DNA of 64,000 bases, taken from assembly GCA_013287705.1 (NCBI GenBank), contig JABDDH010000001.1:359-64358 (forward strand), in the 5' to 3' direction. This document shows, one piece after another, positions 1 through 9,556 of the stretch. Made by a program: the position numbers and the translations under genes. The notes beneath the pieces were generated by a model. The model had not been told where the DNA came from, did not search any database, and worked only from the letters and a program-made list of their open reading frames with translations. Every line of letters begins with the position of its first letter. Position 1 is the first letter of the stretch. This DNA is from Chlamydiota bacterium (GTDB taxonomy: Bacteria > Chlamydiota > Chlamydiia > Chlamydiales > Rhabdochlamydiaceae).

Positions 1-1823
1 GTGCGATTATTACAAACATCAGCAATGATCATCTCGATTTTTGGAAGACAGAGGAGAGTCTTGAAGCGGGATTTCGTGCTTTTTCTGAAAAGGTGCGCTC
101 TAAAGAGCACCTCTTTTTTTGTAAGGATAACGAGGCTCTTGCTAGGTTGCAGATTCCCGGTATGAGTTACGGTTTTTCTAAAGATGCAGATCTCTGTATC
201 ACAAGCTACCGACAAGAGGGTTTTACAACTGTTTTCACACTGACTTTTAAAGGGGAGCTGTATGAAGAGATTAAGATTCCACTCATTGGTAGACACAATG
301 CACTCAATGCGGCAGCAGTCTTTGGCCTGGGGCTTCAATTAAAATTATCTCCTGATCAGATTCGCTTGGCATTTGCAAGTTTTTCGGGTGTTCGGCGACG
401 TGCAGAACGCGTTGGAGAGCAGAGTGAAGTGGCAGTTTATGACGATTATGCACACCATCCCAATGAGATTATCGCAACACTCAAAGGCTTTAAACAAGCA
501 GCTGATGGACGGCGCCTTGTCGTTGTATTTCAGCCTCATCGCTACAGCCGTACGCGCGACTGTTTGGAGGCGTTTGTCAGAGCTTTTGATGTAGCAGATG
601 AGCTTATTATCACCGATATTTATGGAGCCGGAGAAGCGCCCATCCCTGGAATTACAGCCGAAATGCTCTCTTCCCTTATTAGCAAAAGGCGCTCTGTAAC
701 GTATGTTCCTCATGCTGATCTTCTAGAGGTTCTACAGAAAAAAGTGCGTCTGCATGATCTCTGTTTGACAATGGGTGCGGGAGATGTCTGGAAGATGGGC
801 CCTTTACTATTGCAAGCGCTAGAAAAATCTCCGCCCAGACAACTAAAAGTGGCTCTTTTATATGGAGGCGCCTCTGTGGAGCACGAGGTCTCCTGTTCCT
901 CTGTGATGTATGTACAGAAGCATTTAGATCTGAGATTGTACCAGATCGAACCATTTTATATTGGCAAAGATGGCCTCTTTAAGAGGTCACTTGAAGAATT
1001 GCGCGCTTGCGATTTTGCTTTTCCGATTCTTCATGGAACTTGTGGTGAAGATGGGTCGATGCAAGGCTTTTTGGAGATTTTGGGGATTCCTTATGTCGGT
1101 TCCGATTTTCGCTCTTCTCCTTTGTGCATGGATAAAGCAGTTTCCAAGCATTTGGCGGCAGCTCACGGAATTTATGTCTCACCGTTTGTTGATTTTTCAG
1201 CGCTTGATTTTGAGTTGCGTCGTGAGGAGATTCTAGAGACAATTCTCTCAACGCTTAAGTTCCCGCTCTTTACTAAGGGAGTCCATCTAGGCTCGAGTAT
1301 CAGTGTGAGGAGGGTGACGACAGTTGAAGAGCTCCTTGAGGGTATTGCTTATGCATTCACCTTTGACCATCATCTTCTTGTTGAAGAAGAGGTGGTTGGA
1401 CGTGAAATTGAATTTGCACTTTTAGGAATGGAGTCGATCTTTGTTTCCGATCCGTGCGAAATTCAAAAGATCTCAGAGATGCATACTTATGAGACAAAGT
1501 ATGGGGCACATGCCACTGATCTAATTTTACGCACGCCTTTGGATGCAGAGGTTTTGAAGAGCGGCAAAGATCTTGCCGTTAGGATCTATCGCCTCCTGGG
1601 CTGCTCGGGATTTGCGCGCGTTGATTGCTTTGTAGAAAAGAGTGGACGTATTGTTTTTAGTGAGATTAATCCGATTCCTGGTCTTACACCGACAAGTGCC
1701 TATCCTCAGATGATTGAGTTAGAGGGGATTGCTCCTCATGAGTTTTTAAATCGTCTTGTGCGATATGCTCTTGCGCGCAAACGGGCTCATGACGCGCTCT
1801 ACAAGGCTGTTTGTGTATCGTAA
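1..1823 (+). CDS. murC/ddl: MurC-Ddl fusion protein (UDP-N-acetylmuramate--L-alanine ligase / D-alanine--D-alanine ligase), 5' partial
   Basis: Frame 3 is open from base 3 (AIITNISNDHLDFW..., Mur ligase region), so the gene starts upstream of the window. The C-terminal half has Ddl/ATP-grasp signatures (LKVALLYGGASVEHEVS, HGTCGEDGSMQGFLEILGIPYVGS, SEINPIPGLT). The MurC-Ddl fusion is a known chlamydial hallmark. Confidence 0.9.
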   Translation, partial: AIITNISNDHLDFWKTEESLEAGFRAFSEKVRSKEHLFFCKDNEALARLQIPGMSYGFSKDADLCITSYRQEGFTTVFTLTFKGELYEEIKIPLIGRHNALNAAAVFGLGLQLKLSPDQIRLAFASFSGVRRRAERVGEQSEVAVYDDYAHHPNEIIATLKGFKQAADGRRLVVVFQPHRYSRTRDCLEAFVRAFDVADELIITDIYGAGEAPIPGITAEMLSSLISKRRSVTYVPHADLLEVLQKKVRLHDLCLTMGAGDVWKMGPLLLQALEKSPPRQLKVALLYGGASVEHEVSCSSVMYVQKHLDLRLYQIEPFYIGKDGLFKRSLEELRACDFAFPILHGTCGEDGSMQGFLEILGIPYVGSDFRSSPLCMDKAVSKHLAAAHGIYVSPFVDFSALDFELRREEILETILSTLKFPLFTKGVHLGSSISVRRVTTVEELLEGIAYAFTFDHHLLVEEEVVGREIEFALLGMESIFVSDPCEIQKISEMHTYETKYGAHATDLILRTPLDAEVLKSGKDLAVRIYRLLGCSGFARVDCFVEKSGRIVFSEINPIPGLTPTSAYPQMIELEGIAPHEFLNRLVRYALARKRAHDALYKAVCVS

Positions 1824-2583
1824 ATGGCCATTGCCTTTTGCCCTTTTCTGGATTGTCTTCTCCCTTTTTTTGGTGACAGGAACAATCGTGAAGACGACAC
1901 GAGTTGTCCGAGCAGATCAACAGAAGAGGGTTTTTGTCTCTGCTTTGATCCAGACAGGGCCTGAAAAAGAGGCGTTAAAGACGGTCTATCTTGCAGAGAT
2001 TTTGGGTCTTTCATGGGACATTCCAGAACTTTTAGATACTTATGATGTGAAAGGAGCTGAAGAGAAGTTGCGCGCCTCTCCCTTAATTGCATCAGCTCAC
2101 GTCTCCAAGCAAGTGGGGGGAAGTCTTTTGATCGACTATGCCGTGCGCAAGCCTCTTTTTTGGCTTGCCGATTATGAAAACCTGGCGGTCGATCAAGACG
2201 GTTTTCTTTTCCCCGTCTCTCCTTTTTTTTCTCCTAAAGAGCTGCCAGAGCTCTATTATGGTGCATCTCCATTTAAGGGCTGGAAGAGTCGTCTTCAAGG
2301 AAAAAAATTTGATCTCGCCTGTCAGATTCTAAACGGCTTACAGAAGACGGCCCCTGGCTTTGTACGGCGTATTGATGTCTCAGAGGCGTTTGCACAGCTT
2401 TTGGGCAACTGTCAAGTTGTTCTGGTACTTGAAGAGAAGGGAAGGTTACACTACTTGAGACTAAGTAGTAAAAACTTTAAAGAAGAGCTTCTTCATTATC
2501 AACTCTTGCGTCACTCTCTTGCTGGGGAGCCCATGCCAGAACTTGTGGATTTGCGCATCCCGAATCTATTGTTTTACAAATAG
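1789..2583 (+). CDS. ftsQ: FtsQ-like cell-division protein (single TM helix plus POTRA-like region)
   Basis: The ORF runs 1756..2583. Start candidates are TTG 1756 and ATG 1765/1789, so the start is uncertain, and it overlaps the murC-ddl stop. It has an N-terminal TM helix (WPLPFALFWIVFSLFLVTGTIV) and lies directly after murC-ddl, as in dcw clusters. Confidence 0.6.
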   Translation: MTRSTRLFVYRKWPLPFALFWIVFSLFLVTGTIVKTTRVVRADQQKRVFVSALIQTGPEKEALKTVYLAEILGLSWDIPELLDTYDVKGAEEKLRASPLIASAHVSKQVGGSLLIDYAVRKPLFWLADYENLAVDQDGFLFPVSPFFSPKELPELYYGASPFKGWKSRLQGKKFDLACQILNGLQKTAPGFVRRIDVSEAFAQLLGNCQVVLVLEEKGRLHYLRLSSKNFKEELLHYQLLRHSLAGEPMPELVDLRIPNLLFYK

Positions 2584-2815
2584 TGTTAATGTTGACTGTT
2601 AATTCTCTTTTTAGTTATAAAAAATAGGTCAACATGAGCTGTAAAACAATTAATTCAAGTCAAATTCCAACATATATTGTCGAGCATGATCGAACAGGTG
2701 CCTTGTGCGGCAGCTATGCCCTAATTTTTTGGAGCCAAAAAAATTTATCTTCGGTTGATTAAATCAGGCAGAGCTGTTAGTATATCAAAATAAATTTACC
2801 AATCTCGTAGGGGAC

Positions 2816-3046
2816 ATGAAAGAGTTTATTGCCTATTTAATAAAAAATTTAGTTGACGAGCCTAATGATGTTGATGTGCGGCTAATTGATGATGAGCAAG
2901 GGTCTACTGTTGAGATCCGCGTTTCGCCTCAAGATGCGGCGAAGGTCGTTGGAAGACAGGGACGAACCATTAAGTCACTGCGCACGATTGCGATGACAGT
3001 CGGCGCCAGATGTGGTAGACGTGTGCGTTTAGAGCTCATCCAGTAG
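2816..3046 (+). CDS. khpA: KH-domain RNA-binding protein (KhpA/YlqC family)
   Basis: 76 aa with a KH GxxG motif (VVGRQGRTIKSLRTI), typical of the UPF0109 family. Confidence 0.8.
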   Translation: MKEFIAYLIKNLVDEPNDVDVRLIDDEQGSTVEIRVSPQDAAKVVGRQGRTIKSLRTIAMTVGARCGRRVRLELIQ

Positions 3047-3056
3047 GGACTTTTGC

Positions 3057-4088
3057 ATGAATTCGGGTCTTATTTTTGAAGATCAAGAATTACAAGAGCT
3101 TCTTCCTCCGTTTGTTTTGCCTTCGAAAAAAAAACTTCCTCTTGGAGTGAAGAAAAAGAAGGTTATTTTAATCGCAGGGCCGACTGGTGTTGGGAAGACA
3201 GCCCTCTCCCTCGTCATTGCTCAAGCTGTTGGAGGGGAGGTTATTTCTGCGGATTCAATGCAGGTTTATCGCGGGATGGATATTGGAACCGCCAAGGTTG
3301 GGCTTAAGGAGCGCAATGAGGTCCCGCATCATTTAATTGATAGTCGGGATTTAGACGAGGTCGCAAATGTTGTTGAGTTCTATCATGAAGCGATTCAAGC
3401 CATCCATGAGATCTTAGCAAAAGGACATGTGCCGATTGTTGTGGGGGGAACGGGCTTTTATCTTCATGCGCTGATTTATGGGCCTCCCAAGGGACCTCCT
3501 TCTCAACCGCGCGTGAGAGAGTGTTTAGAGCAGCAGATAGAGGAGAGGGGTAGTCTTACTTTGTATCAAGAGCTTGCGGCGCTTGATCCTGAGTATGCAA
3601 AAACAATTACCCCCCAGGATCGACACAAGATTATCCGCGCTCTTGAGATTATGACAATTACAGGCTCTCCTGTAAGCCAATTTGCACAAGACAAAGAAGA
3701 GGTCAATGAAGAGTTTGATTTTCGCTGCTGGTTTCTCTATGTGCCCAAAGAAAGGCTCCATCCAATCATTGAAGCTCGTTGCGAGCAGATGGTGAAGGCA
3801 GGTCTGCTTGAGGAGGTGAAGGTGTTAAAGGAAGAGGGACTTGAGGCTAATAGTTCAGCCTCTTCTGCAATCGGTTATCGTCAGGCGCTCAGCTTTTTAC
3901 GTTCGGACCAAACAGAGGAAGATTTTAAAAATTTTATAACCGATTTTAAAAGAGCCTCGAGGGCTCTGGCAAAACGCCAATACACCTGGTTTCGTAAGGA
4001 GCCGCTCTTCCGATGGTTGGATGTGGATGCGATTGACCGTGAAATGGCTCTTGAGATGATCATCCAAGATTATGAGTTTAGTTTTTGA
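3057..4088 (+). CDS. miaA: tRNA dimethylallyltransferase
   Basis: P-loop GPTGVGKTALS plus ISADSMQVYRGMDIGTAK, the canonical MiaA N-terminus. Confidence 0.93.
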   Translation: MNSGLIFEDQELQELLPPFVLPSKKKLPLGVKKKKVILIAGPTGVGKTALSLVIAQAVGGEVISADSMQVYRGMDIGTAKVGLKERNEVPHHLIDSRDLDEVANVVEFYHEAIQAIHEILAKGHVPIVVGGTGFYLHALIYGPPKGPPSQPRVRECLEQQIEERGSLTLYQELAALDPEYAKTITPQDRHKIIRALEIMTITGSPVSQFAQDKEEVNEEFDFRCWFLYVPKERLHPIIEARCEQMVKAGLLEEVKVLKEEGLEANSSASSAIGYRQALSFLRSDQTEEDFKNFITDFKRASRALAKRQYTWFRKEPLFRWLDVDAIDREMALEMIIQDYEFSF

Positions 4089-4153
4089 CTTAAAACCGTG
4101 ATTTGTGCACAATTTCTATCATTGATACTTTTATACACACAATTTTTTTGCTA

Positions 4154-5761
4154 ATGAATACAGAACAGACAATTTCCGCTCCTCCGTCCGAACAAGCGGT
4201 GCAAGATCCGCCAAAGCCTGAACCGGCTATCTCATCTCTTCTTCTTGACTTGCAGAATCGGCTACAAGAGGCTAAAGGAGCTGAAATTAAGATTCGCTTA
4301 TCTCTAGATTTTATGCGTGAAGCGCTTTCTCAGAGCGGAACTCCGCGGTTTAGAGATTTTTGGGAGGCAAGACGTCTCTCTTTACCCTTTTTTAAGGAAA
4401 ACTTAGCTCCTGTTGTTCGTGCAGAGTTGTGGGCGGACTACGTCGAGCTCTCCAGCGAGGCGCGTCGCTTAAAAGAAATTCTTGATGAGCAGTCAGCTTT
4501 TGCTGCAGAGCAGATTGAGCTTGCGATTGTCTCTGTGGAAAAGGATCTCGATGCTTATCAAGATCTACTCGAACAGATCGCGGAAATCTCATTTCCTAGA
4601 GAGTGTCGTACGCTTTATGAGAAGATCCCGGTCTACCAAACGCTGCAAAAAGAGTTGTATCTACTGAACACGTTTGCATTGCGTATTAACGGGTTGCGTA
4701 AAGAGATTATTAAAACAGAGATGCGCATCAAGCATAAAAATAAGTTTTTTGATCGCCTTTCGGCCTCTGGAGATCGTATCTTTCCTCAACGCAAAGAGTT
4801 AATTGCTCAGATTTCTAATGCCTTTTTAATGGATGTGCAAGCATTTATTGAGAGCCGTTGTGGCGAAGAGGGGCAGGAGAGATCGCTTTTTGGATTGCGC
4901 GAAGAGATTAAGATGCTCCAGGCATTTGCTAAAATGTTGACGCTTAATACCCATGCTTTTACAAAGACACGTCAGTTTTTAAGTGACGCTTGGGATCTGA
5001 TCAAGACGTGGGAGAAAGAGCGCAAAAAAGATTTGGCTGTCAAAAAAGAAGAGTATCGTCAGAATTTTGATCGTTTAGAGCTTCTTATCGAAACCCTTGC
5101 GCAAGAGAGCCTCGTAGAAGGTGCACTACTTGAAGTTGTGCAGAGCCGAGCAGAAGAGATCTTGGAAGAGATGCGCGCTGTGGCTCTGGGTTGGGATGAA
5201 GTGAGAGATTTGAAGGAGATGCTTGTACGCGCTACGGCACCGGTTGTTGATAAGCTTAAGTTTGAAGAGCAAGAAAGAGAGAAAAAGGCGCGATTCCTGG
5301 CTCTTGAAAGACTTGAAGCTCTGCAGAAATTAAAGGCTTCTCTTGCTGAGCTCGTGGCTACGGCAGAGAGTTTGGATGGCGAGCTGTTGCAAGAAAAGAG
5401 AGATGCTCTTTTTCAAGAATATGAGGCACTCGTGATTTCAAAAGCTGAGAAGCAAATTGTTGATCGCTTCTTCAAACAGCTTAAAGAGTTGATTGTTGAG
5501 AAAAAAGAGAGACGGACTCTTTCAGAATCGGATTTAGAGTCTTTAGAAGAGTTGCGCTCGATTGTGCAGCAACGGCGCGAGAGATCCCAAGAAATTCAGC
5601 ATATTGTTGAGCAGTATCGTAAAATGCTCGGTGGATCAAATCTCGACTTTGAAAAAGCATTTCTCTATCGACAGCTCTTTGATGAAGAGAATCTGCGCTT
5701 TAAAAAGAGTCTGGAAGCTGTTCAGGAGATCGAAGAGAAGATTCGTGAACTCGAATCTTGA
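4154..5761 (+). CDS. Hypothetical E/K/L-rich coiled-coil protein (about 535 aa)
   Basis: A long uninterrupted ORF (4103..5761). The likely ATG is at 4154 (MNTEQT). Heptad-like charged composition throughout, and I recognise no catalytic motif. Confidence 0.6.
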   Translation: MNTEQTISAPPSEQAVQDPPKPEPAISSLLLDLQNRLQEAKGAEIKIRLSLDFMREALSQSGTPRFRDFWEARRLSLPFFKENLAPVVRAELWADYVELSSEARRLKEILDEQSAFAAEQIELAIVSVEKDLDAYQDLLEQIAEISFPRECRTLYEKIPVYQTLQKELYLLNTFALRINGLRKEIIKTEMRIKHKNKFFDRLSASGDRIFPQRKELIAQISNAFLMDVQAFIESRCGEEGQERSLFGLREEIKMLQAFAKMLTLNTHAFTKTRQFLSDAWDLIKTWEKERKKDLAVKKEEYRQNFDRLELLIETLAQESLVEGALLEVVQSRAEEILEEMRAVALGWDEVRDLKEMLVRATAPVVDKLKFEEQEREKKARFLALERLEALQKLKASLAELVATAESLDGELLQEKRDALFQEYEALVISKAEKQIVDRFFKQLKELIVEKKERRTLSESDLESLEELRSIVQQRRERSQEIQHIVEQYRKMLGGSNLDFEKAFLYRQLFDEENLRFKKSLEAVQEIEEKIRELES

Positions 5762-6365
5762 TCTTTTTGATCTAGATGGAACTTTAATTTACGGTAACGG
5801 CAGTTTTTCTTTCTGCTGTTACTTGGTAAAAAAATCGATTCTTTCTCCCTTTCATTTGCTCTACGCTCTGTTTGTCTATCTTCTCTCTTCTTTAGGTTTT
5901 TTGTCTCAAAGGGCATTGCATGAAAAGATTTTTGCGCATGCGCTGCGTGGAAAGAAGTTGTCTCAAATAGAATCTTTTATTCCTTCTTTTTTATCTGGTT
6001 TTTTGGAAAGGTCGGTTAACCCTTCGACTCTATCTTATTTACAAGAGGCGCAAAAATCTGGTTCTCGAGTCGTTCTTTTGTCCAATTCTCCCTCTTTTCT
6101 TGTAGCTCCGATTGCCGTCTATTTTGGCATTGAAGAGTGGGGTGCAACAGAGTATCGAGTTGACGAGAAAGGAGTCTTCTGCGACATTGCGCATGTGATG
6201 GATGGAGAGGCAAAAGCGGCCTATGCAGCAGGTCTAATAAGCGGAAAAAAGAATATAACGGTCTACTCCGATAGTTATCAAGACCTCCCTCTATTACAGA
6301 TGGCAACAAAAACTGTTCTTGTGAATCCAGATAGGAAGTTATTACGTTGGAAAAAAGGGCATTAA
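5745..6365 (+). CDS. HAD-superfamily (subfamily IB, SerB-like) hydrolase
   Basis: HAD motif I DLFDLDGTLI lies near the N-terminus. Motif II-like (VLLSNSP) and motif IV-like (YSDSYQDLPLL) sequences are also present. The track ORF starts at 5562 but overlaps the upstream gene, so in-frame GTG 5745 is the plausible start. Confidence 0.7.
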   Translation: MNSNLDLFDLDGTLIYGNGSFSFCCYLVKKSILSPFHLLYALFVYLLSSLGFLSQRALHEKIFAHALRGKKLSQIESFIPSFLSGFLERSVNPSTLSYLQEAQKSGSRVVLLSNSPSFLVAPIAVYFGIEEWGATEYRVDEKGVFCDIAHVMDGEAKAAYAAGLISGKKNITVYSDSYQDLPLLQMATKTVLVNPDRKLLRWKKGH

Positions 6366-6970
6366 AGGGAAAAATTGGTTTTTTTGGAGGGACGTTTGAT
6401 CCGATCCATTACGGCCATATTCACATGGCGCTTCAGCTGATGGAGCGGGCTCATCTCGATACGGTTTTATTTTGCCCAACCTCTCTCTCTCCATTTAAAC
6501 AAGACGCCTTTCCTCTGGTCTCCGCTAAGCTTCGCCTTGAAATGGTAAGGCTTGCCATTGCTCCTATTGAGAAGTTTGCAGCGCTTGATCTGGAGGTGGG
6601 TTTGAAAGTTCCAGCTTTCACAATTGATACGATGCGCAGGCTTGTAACCTCTGTAAAAAAAGAGGGAGATGCGGCTCAATTTTTTCTTTTGCTCAGTCAA
6701 GATGCTCTGCCAAGACTACACGAGTGGAAAGAGGTGGATGATCTGCTTGTCCTTGCCCATCCGCTTATTGCCAGTCGAACTGCTGAGAGTGTAACGACTA
6801 AAAACCTCTCTCAAAGCGCCTCTGCTGCTGTCTCCAAAGGGATCATCCAGACCCCTATTTTAGACATTAGCAGTACGGAAATTCGCAATCGTTTAGCTGC
6901 TAGTCTCTACTGTGGACACCTTGTTCCGCAAGATGTTCTAGACTATATTCGAGGCAATGAGCTATACTAG
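6347..6970 (+). CDS. nadD: Nicotinate-nucleotide adenylyltransferase
   Basis: GFFGGTFDPIHYGHIHMA (the (H/T)xGH nucleotidyltransferase motif) and a C-terminal ISSTEIRNRL motif. Apparent TTG start. Confidence 0.88.
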   Translation: MEKRALKGKIGFFGGTFDPIHYGHIHMALQLMERAHLDTVLFCPTSLSPFKQDAFPLVSAKLRLEMVRLAIAPIEKFAALDLEVGLKVPAFTIDTMRRLVTSVKKEGDAAQFFLLLSQDALPRLHEWKEVDDLLVLAHPLIASRTAESVTTKNLSQSASAAVSKGIIQTPILDISSTEIRNRLAASLYCGHLVPQDVLDYIRGNELY

Positions 6971-7349
6971 CTTCTCTATGAAGCACGACGCACAATTTAT
7001 TTTAAATCTGATTGCTCAAGCGATTTTTGACAAGAAGGGGATGAACATCCTTGCTCTTGATCTGCGCAACGTCTCGACAATTACTGACTACATGATTATT
7101 GCTGAAGGAGCTGTCGATCGGCATCTTGTTGCGATTGCCCACTCCATTGAAAAGAGCCTTGAAGAGGTCGGAGAGAAGCCGGTGCGTATTGAAGGACTTG
7201 CAGAAGGCGACTGGATCGTGCTTGATTACCTAGAAGTGATGGTCCATCTCTTTGCTCCTGGCTTGCGCGAAAGGTATCAGCTTGAGCAGCTCTGGAAAGA
7301 GGGCAAGCTTGTCGAATTAAATATTTCTTTAGATCCTATTCAACACTAA
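6957..7349 (+). CDS. rsfS: Ribosomal silencing factor RsfS (iojap family)
   Basis: 130 aa directly after nadD. Family-typical DYMIIAEG ... GDWIVLDYLEVMVHLF. Confidence 0.85.
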   Translation: MSYTSFSMKHDAQFILNLIAQAIFDKKGMNILALDLRNVSTITDYMIIAEGAVDRHLVAIAHSIEKSLEEVGEKPVRIEGLAEGDWIVLDYLEVMVHLFAPGLRERYQLEQLWKEGKLVELNISLDPIQH

Positions 7350-7403
7350 AATTTTAGCTTGAGTTGTCAAAAAAGGGTTGATTTGGTATGCTTGTCTCAC
7401 TTT

Positions 7404-8666
7404 ATGAATAAAAAACGTATTGTCGTCACAGGAATGGGCCTTGTCTCTTGTTTTGGGAGTGATATCAATCACTTCTACCAGCAGCTTTTGGCTGGAAAGA
7501 GTGGAGTACGCCCTATTGCTGGATTTCCTTGTGAAGAATTTCCGACGCGCTTTGCAGCAGCGGTCGATCAGTTTAACCCAGATGGTTATCTAGATAAAAA
7601 ACAGGCGCGTCGCGTCGATCCTTTTATCTGCTATACTGTTGTTGCAGGCAAAAGAGCTTTAGAGATGGGCGGCCTGACTGGCGAGGCGTTTGATCGTCTA
7701 GATAAAGAGCGTTGTGGGATTTTAATTGGCTCTGGGATGGGTGGAATGAATGTTTTTTATGAAGGGGTTGAGACGCTGCTTCATAAGGGGCATAAGCGTC
7801 TGACGCCGTTTTTTGTTCCCTACATCATTACAAACATGGGCGGAGCGCTTCTAGGAATCGAGCTCGGTTTCCGCGGTCCTAACTACTCTATCTCTACTGC
7901 GTGTGCAACCGCTAACTACTGTATTGCAGCGGCTGCAAATCACATTCGCAACGGCCATGCCGATCTCATGTTATGCGGCGGTGCAGAGTCTGCGATCAAT
8001 CCGATTGGTCTTGCAGGTTTTGTTGCTATTAAGGCGCTTTCTGAGAGAAATGAGGCACCGGAACAGGCTTCACGTCCATGGGATCAGGCCCGAGATGGTT
8101 TTGTGATGGGAGAGGGGGCAGGAGTTCTTCTGCTCGAGAGTTTAGAGTCAGCTCTTGCGCGTGGCGCTCCGATCTATGCGGAGTATTTGGGTGGTGCAAT
8201 TAATTGCGACGCGCATCACATGACAGATCCACGGGCTGATGGGCTTGGCGTCAGTAGCTGTATTGAAGAGGCGATTAAGGATGCTGGCATTGATAAGAGT
8301 CAGATTAATTATATCAATGCGCATGCGACATCAACACCTGCTGGCGATCTGTGTGAGTTTCAGGCGCTGCAGAATGTTTTTGGAGAGGGGCTCTCTTCAA
8401 TTGCGATGAATGCTACAAAGTCGATGATTGGTCACTGTTTGGGTGCAGCTGGCGGTATTGAAGCGATTGCGACGGTTATGGCCATCCAAACAGGAATGCT
8501 TCACCCGACAATTAATAGTGAGAACCTTGAGCCTGCAGTTGCAGGTGTAAATATTGTTTCGAGCGTTGCCGCTCCCTGTCAGGTAAGAGCCGCGCTTTCT
8601 AATTCATTTGGATTTGGTGGTCATAACTCTTCTTTGATTTTTGCTCCTTACTTGAGTGCAGGATAG
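7404..8666 (+). CDS. fabF: 3-oxoacyl-[ACP] synthase II
   Basis: KRIVVTGMGLVS start, active-site region ISTACATANYCI, HATSTPAGD and GHCLGAAG motifs. ATG 7404 is preferred over the longer track ORF. The stop TAG (8664-8666) lies in the terminus of repeat A1. Confidence 0.93.
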   Translation: MNKKRIVVTGMGLVSCFGSDINHFYQQLLAGKSGVRPIAGFPCEEFPTRFAAAVDQFNPDGYLDKKQARRVDPFICYTVVAGKRALEMGGLTGEAFDRLDKERCGILIGSGMGGMNVFYEGVETLLHKGHKRLTPFFVPYIITNMGGALLGIELGFRGPNYSISTACATANYCIAAAANHIRNGHADLMLCGGAESAINPIGLAGFVAIKALSERNEAPEQASRPWDQARDGFVMGEGAGVLLLESLESALARGAPIYAEYLGGAINCDAHHMTDPRADGLGVSSCIEEAIKDAGIDKSQINYINAHATSTPAGDLCEFQALQNVFGEGLSSIAMNATKSMIGHCLGAAGGIEAIATVMAIQTGMLHPTINSENLEPAVAGVNIVSSVAAPCQVRAALSNSFGFGGHNSSLIFAPYLSAG

Positions 8667-8846
8667 ACCTCTTGCGTCAGTAGCTTTGCTTGAAAAATTC
8701 GGAGATTTTCTCTCGGATTTTTAGAAACTGCAAGCAGTTTCGTGTCGAGCGAAGGCGACGACTCCAGGGAGTCGACAACTGAGTAAGATAAAAAACTGCG
8801 AGAAAAGAACGAATTTAGCAAGTAAATGTAATGACGTAAGAGGTCT
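8664..8846. repeat. Family A long palindromic element, copy A1 (about 183 nt)
   Basis: Termini are tagacctcttgcgtca ... tgacgtaagaggtct (inverted). Internal arms are also complementary (attttctctcgg / cgagaaaag, gaaactgc / gcagtttc, cgactcc / ggagtcg). It aligns along its length with copies at 9341 and 10900 and fills the whole fabF-nudix spacer. Confidence 0.85.
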
Positions 8847-8847
8847 G

Positions 8848-9270
8848 ATGATCCTTCAAGATGAATCTTTTGGTGTAATTCCTTTAAAAAAAGAGAATTC
8901 TCTCTGGAAGGTTTTTTTAATTTTACACAAGTCAGGTCACCATTGGGGCTTTCCTAAGGGACATAAGAATATAAATGAGTCGTCACAAGAAGCGGCAGAG
9001 CGTGAACTAAAAGAAGAGACAGGGCTGCATGTTGTGGAATGGCTTTCAGAAAAACCTCTTGTAGAGACGTACCGGTTTCGGATTAAACAGCAGATGGTGC
9101 AAAAGCATGTCCTTTTTTTTCCGGCGCTTGTAGCGGGCGAACTTTTGTTGCAAGAAGAGGAAATTCGTGAAGGTAAGTGGGTGACCTTTGAAGAAGCCAC
9201 CGAGACTCTTACCTTTAAAGAGGCGAAATTACTGATCAAAGAAGTCTCTCAACTGTTGAATCTCTCTTAA
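8848..9270 (+). CDS. NUDIX hydrolase
   Basis: Nudix box GFPKGHKNINESSQEAAERELKEETGL (GX5EX7REUXEEXGU). Confidence 0.85.
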   Translation: MILQDESFGVIPLKKENSLWKVFLILHKSGHHWGFPKGHKNINESSQEAAERELKEETGLHVVEWLSEKPLVETYRFRIKQQMVQKHVLFFPALVAGELLLQEEEIREGKWVTFEEATETLTFKEAKLLIKEVSQLLNLS

Positions 9271-9554
9271 TAGACTTCTTTCGAAATTCGCTTTGTTTAG
9301 AAAAATTTGGCGCCGCAGATTCCAAAAAAGGCAATTTTAATAGACATCTTGCGCAACCTGCTTTGTTTGAAAAATTCGGAGATTTTCTCTCGGCTTTTTA
9401 GAAACAGCTTGGAGTTTCGCATCGCGCGAGGGAGCCGACTCTTCAGCGTCGGCAAGTGAGCAAGATAAAAAGCCGTGAGAAAAGAACGAATTTGGCAAAC
9501 AAATGAGGTTGCGCAAGAGGTCTAATAAACAAATGGAATTTTGAAAGAAGTCTA
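9271..9554. repeat. Composite repeat: a diverged family A-like element carrying a nested full copy (A2)
   Basis: The outer termini are tagacttctttcgaaattc (9271-9289) and gaattttgaaagaagtcta (9536-9554), inverted with 1 mismatch. The outer left arm resembles the family A left arm (gctttgtttagaaaaattt). A complete A copy lies inside. Confidence 0.7.
9341..9524. repeat. Family A long palindromic element, copy A2 (184 nt)
   Basis: tagacatcttgcgcaacct ... aggttgcgcaagaggtcta form a 19-nt inverted terminus with 1 mismatch. The internal sequence is colinear with A1. Confidence 0.85.
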
Positions 9555-9556
9555 TT

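Noticed and set aside
345-1251. Antisense or alternative-frame ORFs overlapping long conserved genes (for example 345..713, 14117..14641, 17853..18293, 63043..63996)
   Set aside because: Each lies wholly within a gene that has strong family motifs on the other strand or frame. They lack independent support.
2584-2815. Candidate small RNA or regulatory site in the 232-bp ftsQ-khpA spacer (TTGACT-18 nt-TATAAA at 2592-2621; AT-rich palindrome aattttttggagccaaaaaaatt at 2723-2745)
   Set aside because: The promoter-like hexamers have non-optimal spacing and there is no convincing terminator hairpin. The palindrome is low-complexity A/T. This is insufficient to call a feature.
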